In this document: positions 9,501-15,480 of the stretch, one piece after another | How the letters are laid out: each line of letters opens with the position of its first letter | Position numbering within the stretch: position 1 is the first letter of the stretch | Source: a virus | Lineage: Duplodnaviria > Caudoviricetes | DNA: 55,322 bases | Strand: one strand, 5' to 3' | IMG/VR virus record: IMGVR_UViG_3300004225_000001 | Span: 1 to 55,322 of that record | Made by a program: the position numbers and the translations under genes | The notes under the pieces: model-generated | Databases searched by the model: none | Told to the model about the DNA's origin: nothing | The model's input: the letters and a program-made list of their open reading frames with translations, nothing else

Positions 9501-11101
9501 AGGCGTGCGCCGGCTTCGGTGGTGAACGAGGACATGGCGCCGCGCTCGGCCTTGGGCCAGGTCGAGGCGATGCTCTCTCGCTCAGCGGCCAGCTCGGCGG
9601 CCTTGGTGGCCAGGTCTTGGCGCTCGCCATCAAAGGCGGGCCCGTAGCCGTTCTCTGGCGCCAGTTCCTGCTGGCGCTCAGTGATGGCCTGCAGCTCGCC
9701 GCCCAGCGCATCGGCGCGGTCCAGCGCGGTCAGTTGCACCGGGGTTTTCAGCGCTTCCTCGGCGGCGGCGGTGTCGCCTACCCCAACGGCTTCCAGGCCG
9801 GCCGATCCTCTTCCCGCCACGACTCCTGCGGCTGCTCCTGAATTGGTAGCTGCTTGCGCTTGTCCTGAAAGCGCTGGCGCCTGATTTTGCTGGTTTTCTG
9901 CTGGCGTTTGGTTTTGGACATTGCTCCCCCTAAAGTTGTCTCGCGCATAGCCCAAGCCATGCCCGCCGGAGCCCATGGCGAAGCCAGCGGCCAGGTTCTG
10001 GGCCGCAGAGCCGCCCGGGTCGTATTGCTGCGAAGGGTCTGCCTGCACCGAGGCGCCGTACTGCACGGCATCTTCTGGCACGCCCTGGAATCCCTCTTCC
10101 ACGGTATCTTGTGCAACGCGCTTGCCGAACTCGCGAATTCCCATACGCTCGACGCCGGCGATGGTCTTGGCCGTCGCGTCGCCGCCAAAGAGTTTGTTGG
10201 TCAGCACGGTGCCCAGCGCAGTCCCTGCGCCCGCCAGCAGCGGAACTTGGTCTGCCAACTCATTGGCCAATATCTCGCGCGCCTTGGCCGGGTCTCCTTG
10301 GGTTTCTGCCAGCACAGCCTGGAACCGAGGCGACTTGGCCAGCATTTCCAGCGGCATTTCATTGACTTGCTGGTACACGCCCTGGCGTGACTGCAGGGCC
10401 GACGACGACGCCTCAGACAGCGCTCCAGCGGTACTCACCCGCCCCAGGCTGGCGCCCGCGCGGTGCACCACAGAACCAACCCCGACGCCAGCTGCCATAT
10501 CGGGAGCGGATCGGGCCATGGTGTGCGCGAAAGCCAGTGGGTTGTCCTTGATGGCCGCCAGGTTGTCGACAAACCCCTGTGCTTCTGCGGTGTTCTGCTG
10601 CTGAGCGATCAGCTCGGGGTTGTTGGCTTTGTCGGACGCCAGGATCTCTGCCTTTGCGCGCTCGGAGTCGCGCTGGAGCATGCGGCCAAAACGGGCCGGG
10701 AGGTTGCTCGGGTCCGCTACCTGCGCATCGCGCGACTCCGCAGCAAAGCGAGAGGCCAGCCGGGCATTTTCCTGGACGGCCTCGTTTTCCTTGGCGATGT
10801 CTTTGCCGCTGATGGCGTTGGCGGCCCAGGTGATGCCGCGATCTGCTGCAGCCGCTGCGCCAGACACGCCGGCGAGTGCGTTCGCCGCAGGATCCTGAAT
10901 GAATGTTCCGATGCCGCCAGCAATGCCTGCGACGCCCTGCGCAAGGCCAGAATCTATGGCGTGCAAGTAATCTGCGGCCGTCGCCTGGCTTTTGCGTTTC
11001 TTGCGCTCGTTGACGATCGGGTCATCCGCCCACCACGCATCGCCGTCCTGCGCGTCCTCGCCAGAGGCAATAGGATCCTGTTCCCACCATTTTTCGGCCA
11101 T
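548..11101 (-). CDS. Giant polyvalent internal virion/ejection protein (~3517 aa): DdrB-ParB, ParB-like, RelA/SpoT-like, DUF3560-like, 2x ART-PolyVal-like and HExxH peptidase domains
   Basis: Motifs LQPRDR...GAPIV...VESGNARTIAL; LKPTQ...VLDGHHQW; VK..R..EK / RDLLRATVVV / GYADVLLNV / AEIQI; GFKWSP..GAWQRQLT; twice F..WFGD..VVYH..KSATGNRGTFD; HEAAH. Last gene of the virion module. Start placed at MAEKWW (an alternative ATG lies at 11125). Confidence 0.9.
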   Translation of the reverse strand: MAEKWWEQDPIASGEDAQDGDAWWADDPIVNERKKRKSQATAADYLHAIDSGLAQGVAGIAGGIGTFIQDPAANALAGVSGAAAAADRGITWAANAISGKDIAKENEAVQENARLASRFAAESRDAQVADPSNLPARFGRMLQRDSERAKAEILASDKANNPELIAQQQNTAEAQGFVDNLAAIKDNPLAFAHTMARSAPDMAAGVGVGSVVHRAGASLGRVSTAGALSEASSSALQSRQGVYQQVNEMPLEMLAKSPRFQAVLAETQGDPAKAREILANELADQVPLLAGAGTALGTVLTNKLFGGDATAKTIAGVERMGIREFGKRVAQDTVEEGFQGVPEDAVQYGASVQADPSQQYDPGGSAAQNLAAGFAMGSGGHGLGYARDNFRGSNVQNQTPAENQQNQAPALSGQAQAATNSGAAAGVVAGRGSAGLEAVGVGDTAAAEEALKTPVQLTALDRADALGGELQAITERQQELAPENGYGPAFDGERQDLATKAAELAAERESIASTWPKAERGAMSSFTTEAGARLEAQYALMDAGDLVTSHDEGLAVNPLFPKELQPRDRSRQASELQVSGIVQRLDPARLGLSADAANGAPIVGADGLVESGNARTIALKRVYQANGQKAENYKQFLRDNAAQFGLAPEAIDAMAKPVLVRVRATPVNRAEFARQANASTVQRMSPSEQALSDAKRLNSLDGLNPDEQGDFGNNMDFVRQFMATLPVTEQSDLIESDGRLSTAGYRRIQNAVLARAYGDSPSLRRMTESMDNNLANISKALVRVAPTIAAARERMDAGTLHQADIAPDLLAAVEGLSALKEKGWKVSDELGQADLTGPKYSPEAAELLTFLSENARSPRRIAEFFQRYYDALEHAGDPTQPSMFGDDGPAPTRASLINTAKETQNGNADQDPQRGVAGEGAQADARDGGQPQDAPRSEGRDQGNGPTQADAAGRQPGKPAREAANDEVGEWVHFPEDSGTLGIPRSDMPQVKGEHRGALVNFLNARGISSTKDEVPASSLKPTQAEFSREKTERFMKTGSIGERSVLVSSDGHVLDGHHQWMAMKALGESVPVIRLDAPIRELLDAVREFPSVQQSEGDKTPVGQRAAAVQDFKDALGDLAQIASKHTRAAMVPEKTPDLMPTLAKLFDAAIRLVGTDMKRATKWVREQIKADPRFKTFWNKISPELYQKAALQALDGMANPAQHGLFGDIGEAASAVQGDLFNSPAKATEATSAVSKIESKAYDRDRDNYRPPSAKTFLPAELIARANGYIEKYSKQPRPMVVSPKDRARAKAELKPLLDAALGAFQGFAKNVAAVAQQSGALGQIVASVKNMDRAVEKYVDPDGADFSPERMRDLLRATVVVSSYGDVQAVVDAVVKVFGSVARVKTRISEDARIDGYADVLLNVVLPDGVAAEIQINVPQMLAAKDAQGHKLYEAQRVQPEASAAYKEIGDAMREFYDAAFAAAGNKLTLPVAENSRQPRAQLKKTASEIGAADLAGSDLAGSDLAGNKSEPLSSSLKTLPSGNLTNSSPLNDATNSQPGGNLSGTFIGTPPASILRADAKNSEPEPAGVVRTATQIATDIAKAQPDGDVAALREQARDAIVAELGRQALDAMEPGSFMRADGLTQAIHDGQYEALREFAAAMPVPVRESDIPRDAATQAYSGTSHSPEQRGASARRNYVRALVDAWKRTEAALGDDAAARARAVEVLGDVVEGYRSRYLEALGASARVMSSMIAGPARFPAEANRKKSETADKRAQEASEFLRKGIARMAKAARGPIDNSPDSEVARIRANLEEREATQERMKAVNAALRKKDDEPLVALGYSPALIAELKKPDFAGRRGYADYKLANNNAEIRRLRERLAQAEQRVAEAAAGPVATARQGVRTEENAQDDRLRLFFDEKPGEAVRSDLKANGFKWSPNAGAWQRQLTANARAAAERVLNKHFPQNSEGGIENEGGRDVYEKAEASGETKLTYEQWVQVRTPAFRSWFGDWEAVQAEDPEVAAESVSKVVDPDTGEPAVVYHETKSDFSTFRDDKPIFVAFSQTGARVAALSSGKTMELFARAESPLNSPDTPVHFLDVAKALRDNPSADSVYVEDEAGISLALRNKHQLKSATGNRGTFDTANPDIRLSRSEPPNGDENKGAPASGSFQPRLTGLPGEQRRGQILAKTELGPLSRGDGEPAGMPVAELQALADRIAAKNPRMPKVHVLADPTLAPEGLRDYIEEQGAWNDVDGAMHEGEFYLFASGLPDALRAEHVLAEHEAAHFGLHAILGDAKTQAMSLIYANNGAVRKAATALQKRGKLTNAEAVEEVIVDIPSAQLAQLKGWRKVTALARDWLAEHGFTAMAAKLSTWLDGTLSEQQRADLFVADLVRGARAYMAGKAGASDGAKAAGTRLSAALADDQARQEKRLQTEARERGYRDAEDLAARNPKVYELVAKRLGIQRPGEAMLSRGMAGDQTESAAFKRWFGDSKVVDAVGKPLVVYHGTTYDFSTFRDSLVPEDQQGQYFTTNPRFASDYANTGDDGGNVIPAYLTATHPYEIQDDDWQVGLERNGKLTPAEARRAGHDAYVIRGMEGGDTWIVFRPEQIKSATGNRGTFDPTNPDIRLSRAAPAQDAATRAEAIIQDRTGGVRPLDAIAQGLTRGTGVERLTGAIYDKAASLLDAVVPEKVKAGVMSDYGLPEAVKDQRTMLQGRQRVQLRKAGSLIEKLATLTRAESRVAYEWMNMDGADPQAYVSMMQGLPEESVAVLQEVQEMIDRLSKDAVRLGQLDPEAFKRNRFAYLRRSYAKHTLEQTKGQKAKRARTIAVLGEQYKGRGLSETAAMSAIKSAAPDWWQRKLAKGKADAALKGEQLLRLERRAPSGTGTTPLPGMTGRQPGRVLELAYWPASERLPAKYADWTQAGTWEVRDVKGPNAVLWRDFTKDEREQMGEIDEARFAIAKTLHAMIHDVEVGRYLDWLAINHAKKEGEAIPGEVVDASEKYRDTFAPGEWVRVPDSKIAGTNVLKYGKLAGRYVEGPVWNDLRQMAGGGFQPFGDTYNKVLNLWKTSKTALSPAVHMNNVMSNFVMADWHEVHAAHVSKALRIMLAASDKRGGIADRDAAREILNRYSDSGGDSGSWVTNEISRDQIEPLLASLEREMAATNGGNAETQTGVFAALQHALHLRFPAAFDAAAVSLPGKAVKVAGGALLDAYQAEDDVFRLGAWLAAKEQGATDLDAGKRAKASFLDYNINAPWINAMRKSAWPFLSFTYRAVPMLLETVARKPHKLLKLMALAGGLNALGVMLAGAGGGDEDERKLLPEEKAGNVWGMVPKLIRMPWNDGHNSPVYLDIRRFIPVGDVFDIGQGQSAIPILPGLQPGGPLAVMAEVALNKSAFTGKPITLGTDTARQKAEKFLDHMYKAAAPNVLGVPGTYATTGVVGSLTGRTDAFGREMSTAQAVASSFGVKLGSYPPDVMRRNLMGKFGAEKMEIDKNISQYKRQLQTGRIGQEEFQRLTAIEQDKKRKLQHELNMKLN
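3266..3324. repeat. 59-bp direct repeat, copy A (end of second ART-like domain)
   Basis: 55/59 identical to 4703-4761 by manual alignment; encodes KSATGNRGTFD..NPDIRL. Confidence 0.9.
4604..4674 (+). ncRNA. Candidate antisense hairpin sRNA nested in the giant gene
   Basis: TAGAAT at 4592-4597; three stacked stems 4604-4612/4657-4665, 4615-4620/4650-4655, 4626-4631/4638-4643 with G-U pairs that only form on the + strand; followed by CTTGTTTT. Confidence 0.4.
4703..4761. repeat. 59-bp direct repeat, copy B (end of first ART-like domain)
   Basis: 55/59 identical to 3266-3324. Confidence 0.9.
6450..6725 (+). CDS. Nested antisense gene (91 aa); candidate immunity protein/antitoxin for the RelA/SpoT-like domain
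   Basis: TAAAAT at 6425-6430, GGAGGTG RBS at 6438-6444, ATG at 6450; globular-looking MKVPDKFPPGCEFVASFSGDEFVKFPDGKVFRLDD; the opposite host frame is a Ser/Asn-rich linker. Confidence 0.65.
   Translation: MKVPDKFPPGCEFVASFSGDEFVKFPDGKVFRLDDNGSDLLPAKSLPAKSLPARSAAPISEAVFLSCARGCREFSATGKVNLFPAAANAAS
6573..6613. repeat. 15-bp tandem repeat (2 full copies plus 1 partial) in the dual-coding region
   Basis: CCCGCCAAGTCGCTC twice plus CCCGCCAGATC; reads DLAGS in the giant protein and LPAKS in the antisense ORF. Confidence 0.9.
8197..8388 (-). CDS. Overprinted same-strand, alternate-frame gene (63 aa, basic helical protein)
   Basis: AAGGA RBS 8 nt before the ATG; amphipathic SLEKVHKLMRAM...MRRAVKAAIKAMGL; coincides with the low-complexity linker after the DdrB-ParB domain. 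Confidence 0.55.
   Translation of the reverse strand: MAMLTKTPSGESLEKVHKLMRAMEGNPKMRRAVKAAIKAMGLPKPMPQDDSLENQRAKPQTTK
9833..9888. repeat. Dispersed REP-like hairpin element, copy 1 (inside coding sequence)
   Basis: TAGC-N4-tgCGCTT-N7-AAGCGCT-ggcgcctgATTT aligns with 44873-44927 and 51163-51216. Confidence 0.7.
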
Positions 11102-11132
11102 GCAAACCCCCGGATTCAAGTGCATGGGACAT

Positions 11133-11148
11133 TGCCATGCCTGCCACG
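11133..11148 (-). promoter_or_regulatory. Late-gene 16-bp motif, copy 1 (upstream of the giant gene)
   Basis: + strand TGCCATGCCTGCCACG; consensus TGCCATGCYTGSCACG found five times in the same orientation. Confidence 0.75.
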
Positions 11149-11154
11149 GGCGGC

Positions 11155-12816
11155 CTAGCGCTTCTTGATGCGCACCGTACCGTCTGGCGCCGTGTAGCGT
11201 GATCCAGCAGGCAAGTCGTCAAATTCCTTGCGCGTGGAAATCGGCGGCGCGTCGTACACCTTGCCGCTCGCGGAGCGCCCAGGCTCGGCTTTGCCGCCGC
11301 TATCTGCGGCAGCAGGCGGGAATAAGTAGGACATGGCCGCTTCGGTGGCAGTCTTCGCGGCATCGGCGTTGCCCATGTTGGCCGCCAGTGCCTTGCCGTA
11401 AATATCGGACCGCACGGACTCTGGAGACTTGTCGTTGTTCTGCATCGCCTTGCGCAGGCCTTCGGCTTCATTCTTGGCAAGCCCCGCACGCACCAGCGCA
11501 CCGGCAAGTTTCACTTGGGCCGGAGCATTTCCGTCCGTCTCGGGCACCGCCTTCATGATGCCCTTGCGTACAGCATTGATCTCGGCTTCGCTGGCGTTCG
11601 GGTGTTTCTCCTGGAACAGCGCGGCAGCGGCCTCGGCCTTGTCGGTTGCATCGCGCCGGGTTTGCGCACGGTCAGACATCGCAGCCCCCTGGCTGGCCCC
11701 AGCCCGAGAATCCGCATTGCGCGAGAGCTGCAGCTGCTCATTGCCGCGCCGGTTGCCTTCGGCCTGGTAGAACCGGCTGAACACTTCTCCCGCCTTCCCC
11801 AGCGCGTCCAGCTCGGCCACGGTGTTGATGGTGCGGATGTCGCCGTTCTGGTCCTTGAATTGGAGCACGCGGGTTTCCACGCCGTCCTTGCCCTTGACCA
11901 TTTTGTCGCTGACGATGGCGGCCGGGTCCAGCTGCACCTTGCCCGAGGCGTTGAAGGCCTTGGCAATCTCGGCCGCCCCGGCGCCGCTTTGTGCCAGGCG
12001 CAGCGCGCGCTCGTAGCCCTCGCTCTGCACCTTGTTGAGCATGTCGGAGAACTCTCCAAAGCTGCGTGTGTCGAGCTTGCCGTATTTGGCGTCGTGGTCC
12101 ACCAAGGCAGCGCGGTCGGCAAGCGAGTCGCCAATCGAGTATTCCGGCCGGCGCGGGGCAACGGGCGCAGTCCCAAGCTCGTCGGGCGACTTGCCGGCGG
12201 CCTTGTCGGCCTCGTATTTATTGAGCGCCGACTGGTACTGCTTGGTGGCTTCGGCATACTGGTTTTGCTGCTGGCCGAACCGGGTGTCTGCGAACAGCGC
12301 ACGGCGAGACTTCTCGTATTCGTCCTTGTCAGCCTGCTGTGCATCCTGGCGGCCCCAGTCCTTTTGCGTGCGGTCCCAGCGGGCGTCGTCGCGCTCTTCT
12401 GTCTTGGCCTCGCGGCGCAGACGCATCGCCCCCATGGGGTCGCTCTTGCCAATCACGCCGGCCATGGCCATGGTGCGCGCGCGGTCCTGCTGGTCTGCAT
12501 TCATGGGCCCCGCAGTGCGCTTGCCAAGAAAGTCCGTCACCCCTTGCTGGGCAATCTCCCCAGTCATGCTCGGGTCAGACTTCGGCGTCACGGTGTACGC
12601 CTTCTTGGAGTCGTCGTATCCGATGTCGTACTGGCCAGACTCCCCTGCGGCACGCAATTGATCGCCTTGCTCGGAGGTGAACCCATCGCTGGTTTCTGCC
12701 TCGGCGTCGCCGATCTTGCGCAGCTGGTAGTCCTGCACCACTTGTCCGACGGCTTTGTATCCCTGGTTGAAGCCATCCATGAAGTCAGCAACACCATTGC
12801 GCCTGCGTCGTGCCAT
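11155..12816 (-). CDS. Putative internal virion/DNA ejection protein (553 aa)
   Basis: Ala/Gln/Asp-rich helical protein between an ejection protein and the giant gene; start overlaps the upstream stop (TAATG). Confidence 0.75.
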   Translation of the reverse strand: MARRRRNGVADFMDGFNQGYKAVGQVVQDYQLRKIGDAEAETSDGFTSEQGDQLRAAGESGQYDIGYDDSKKAYTVTPKSDPSMTGEIAQQGVTDFLGKRTAGPMNADQQDRARTMAMAGVIGKSDPMGAMRLRREAKTEERDDARWDRTQKDWGRQDAQQADKDEYEKSRRALFADTRFGQQQNQYAEATKQYQSALNKYEADKAAGKSPDELGTAPVAPRRPEYSIGDSLADRAALVDHDAKYGKLDTRSFGEFSDMLNKVQSEGYERALRLAQSGAGAAEIAKAFNASGKVQLDPAAIVSDKMVKGKDGVETRVLQFKDQNGDIRTINTVAELDALGKAGEVFSRFYQAEGNRRGNEQLQLSRNADSRAGASQGAAMSDRAQTRRDATDKAEAAAALFQEKHPNASEAEINAVRKGIMKAVPETDGNAPAQVKLAGALVRAGLAKNEAEGLRKAMQNNDKSPESVRSDIYGKALAANMGNADAAKTATEAAMSYLFPPAAADSGGKAEPGRSASGKVYDAPPISTRKEFDDLPAGSRYTAPDGTVRIKKR

Positions 12817-14618
12817 TACGCCACCTCTTTCATGGTCAGGCCCAAGGCCCCGTAGTTCACCGTGTCAAAGCCAGTGCGCGAGTCCACTGCCACCGCCGAC
12901 GGCATGTAGGCGCGCACCTCATCGGCCATCACCCCCTCGAAGCGGCGCCGGTCGGGATCGTCGATGTAGCCGAACTCGTACAGGTTCAGGCCAGTGCGCG
13001 CGTCGCAGCCCACCAACTCGATGTTTTCTTTCAGGCGCCGGTCCGAGAACGCGGTGATCAGGCTGGCGCCGCCACCCAGGATGGAGCCCAAGCCACCCAG
13101 GCCAGAATCCTGGTTCGCCATGGTGTTGGCGTAGTTGGCCTGCGCATTGAGCACGCCCGTGGTCCCCTGCATGGCGATCTGGCGGCCCTGCATGGTGGTG
13201 TTGTTCGACTGGCCCATGGCGCCGATCAGCGCCTGGCCTGCGCCTGACTGGTTTTGCACCGCTGAATTGCCCGCATTCATGGCCACGCCGTAGGCGCCCT
13301 GCGATGCGCCGGGCATGCCGCGCGCCATGCCGGTGACGTCGAGCTGGCGCGCCCAGTCCATCGAGTCATCCTGAATGCGCAGATTGCGCCCGGCCATCGA
13401 CGCCGATTCGCCACGGTTCATGGCGTCGGCCGTGGCGGCCTGGCCGGTGCGGAAAGTGTCCTGCGTCATGCCGATGCCCTGGCCCACCAGGTTGCGGTAG
13501 TTGGCAATCGAATCGTTGCGCGTGCCGTTGGCGGCCGCTGCCAGCTGCGACGCCTGGGCCGAGCTGACGGAGCCCAGCGTGGACGGCATGGAGACGCCGT
13601 AGCGCTGCGCCTGGCGCGCGGCCGTATTCAGCGCCGCGGTCTGGCCGGTGCGCGTGTCGGCCACCGCGCGGCCCACGTCGTTTTCAATATCGCCCTGGTA
13701 GCGGTTGTAGATGCCCGCATTGCCGCCGGTATAGAGCGCCGTGTCGGCGATCTGCTTGGCCTCAAAATTCTGGTTGCGCCCATACAGTTCGTTGGCGTTG
13801 GCGCGCATTTCGTCGGTGATGCCGTCGCGCTCAGACTGGTCCATCAGCGCCTTCAGGAGCGACTGCTGGGTCAGCGAGAGACCAGACGTGCCACTGGTGC
13901 CCGCAGTTCCGCCCGTGGTTCCGGTCCCTGTGCCGTTGGATCCGCCGACTCCCGCCCCGCCAGAACTTGCGCCCCCGCTGCCGCTGTTCTGTAGGGTGCC
14001 GTAGTAATACTTGCGGTATGCGGTGTCCGGGTCCAGCCCCTGCACATCAGAAACCGCCAAGAACTTGTCGGGGTTGGCCTGGTAGTAGGCCCGCGCCTCT
14101 GGGTCCTGCACATCGTTGATGCTGCGCTTGGTCTGGTAGTCGCCGTACATCTCCCCGGTGGGGACATTCGGGTTCGAGCCCTTGCGGGTGACGGTTCCGT
14201 CCGCGTTCACGGTGAATCCCGATGCCGCCGGGTCCGTGCGGGTCTGAGCGCCGCCACCGGGTGAATTCGTGCCGACTTGGTAGTTGGCATCCCACTGCGA
14301 TTTAAGGCCCGGCGCATTGCGGGCGATGTAGCTCGGGTCCGTGGTCTTGTCGAATTGGAGCCGCTTGCCGGAACTGTCTTCATAGACCGCCGTGCCGTCG
14401 CCCATCTTGGTGACGCGCGCACCACCACCCAGGTCAACCACCGTGCCCGGAGCGACTTGGTCCGAGTAGAAAGCGTTTTGGTCCTGCTGGAATTGCGACG
14501 GCGCAGGGGCCGCAGCCGCAGCAGGGGCTGCCGCAGGCACAGCAGGCGCAGGCGCAGCGGCTGCGGGCGGCGCTACTTGAGCCGGGTAACTGTCGGATCC
14601 GTCGTCCCAGAAAGCCAT
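12816..14618 (-). CDS. Putative ejection protein with C-terminal peptidase S74 / intramolecular chaperone domain (600 aa)
   Basis: Gly/Ala/Gln-rich body, hydrophobic GLGGLGSILGGGASLITAF, then SDRRLKENI...LYEFGY...GVMADEV; AAGGA RBS. Confidence 0.8.
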   Translation of the reverse strand: MAFWDDGSDSYPAQVAPPAAAAPAPAVPAAAPAAAAAPAPSQFQQDQNAFYSDQVAPGTVVDLGGGARVTKMGDGTAVYEDSSGKRLQFDKTTDPSYIARNAPGLKSQWDANYQVGTNSPGGGAQTRTDPAASGFTVNADGTVTRKGSNPNVPTGEMYGDYQTKRSINDVQDPEARAYYQANPDKFLAVSDVQGLDPDTAYRKYYYGTLQNSGSGGASSGGAGVGGSNGTGTGTTGGTAGTSGTSGLSLTQQSLLKALMDQSERDGITDEMRANANELYGRNQNFEAKQIADTALYTGGNAGIYNRYQGDIENDVGRAVADTRTGQTAALNTAARQAQRYGVSMPSTLGSVSSAQASQLAAAANGTRNDSIANYRNLVGQGIGMTQDTFRTGQAATADAMNRGESASMAGRNLRIQDDSMDWARQLDVTGMARGMPGASQGAYGVAMNAGNSAVQNQSGAGQALIGAMGQSNNTTMQGRQIAMQGTTGVLNAQANYANTMANQDSGLGGLGSILGGGASLITAFSDRRLKENIELVGCDARTGLNLYEFGYIDDPDRRRFEGVMADEVRAYMPSAVAVDSRTGFDTVNYGALGLTMKEVA

Positions 14619-14637
14619 GGCCTATCCTTTCGTGCGC

Positions 14638-15480
14638 TTATGCGAGGTAACGCGTAACACCAGCACTGCCGAAGCGTTGCCCGCGAAGATGGGGCGACGC
14701 TGCGCCAGCCCCGGCAAAACCCATGATTGCCGCCTGTTGTGGGGGTGCACCGGTATTGCCAACCACTTGCTGCAGCGCGTTCGGGTCTGCGGCGGCCGCG
14801 CCTTGCTGCGCACCTTGGGGCTGCGCCTGCCCAGGGTAAGAAAAATCCTTGTTCCAGTCGGCCGCAATATCTGGGTTGGCCTTGGCCACTTCGGACATTG
14901 GCGTGCCGGCGGCGTAGCTGTAGCTGCCGCCGTCCTTGTTGATGAAGGTGGCAGAACCGTCGGTGTTGCGCGTGATCTTTCCGCCAGCCAGGTCAAGCAC
15001 CTGGCCCGGTTTGGTCTGGTCCCAGTAGCCATCCCAGGCGTTCTGCATCTTGGCTGCGCCAGAGAAACCGCGCGCCATATTGCCGGCCTTGTTCAGCGCG
15101 TCGTGCATCGAGACGCCGGACGTCCCCAGGCGCGCCACGTCGCGCGCAGTGAGTCCCCCGGCCGCCTGCGTGAGCATGGCCTGCTCCATCGGGCGGAACG
15201 TCTTGCCGTACTCGTAGTAGTCTTTCCCCTGCTCTGCGGTCTGGCGCATGATCTCCAGCTGCGCGTCAACCACGGGCTTGGCCACGGCCATGTTGTTCTC
15301 GTACTGGCGCCGCGCCTCGTCGAGCTGGTTTTGGCCCAGCTGCGCGCCAATGGCTGCCGCTTCGCGCGAGGCGTCCGCCACCGGCTGATAGTCTGGGGGA
15401 GGCGGCGCGTCACCACCAAGATCAAAGTACATGCGGCGCAGGCCATCGCGCCGGTAGCCAGAGAATTTGCAGGGGATCAT
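14638..15480 (-). CDS. Putative ejection protein (280 aa)
   Basis: Start at MIPCKF with ATGA overlap; GGDAPPPPDYQP followed by Ala/Gln-rich helices typical of podovirus pilot proteins. Confidence 0.7.
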   Translation of the reverse strand: MIPCKFSGYRRDGLRRMYFDLGGDAPPPPDYQPVADASREAAAIGAQLGQNQLDEARRQYENNMAVAKPVVDAQLEIMRQTAEQGKDYYEYGKTFRPMEQAMLTQAAGGLTARDVARLGTSGVSMHDALNKAGNMARGFSGAAKMQNAWDGYWDQTKPGQVLDLAGGKITRNTDGSATFINKDGGSYSYAAGTPMSEVAKANPDIAADWNKDFSYPGQAQPQGAQQGAAAADPNALQQVVGNTGAPPQQAAIMGFAGAGAASPHLRGQRFGSAGVTRYLA

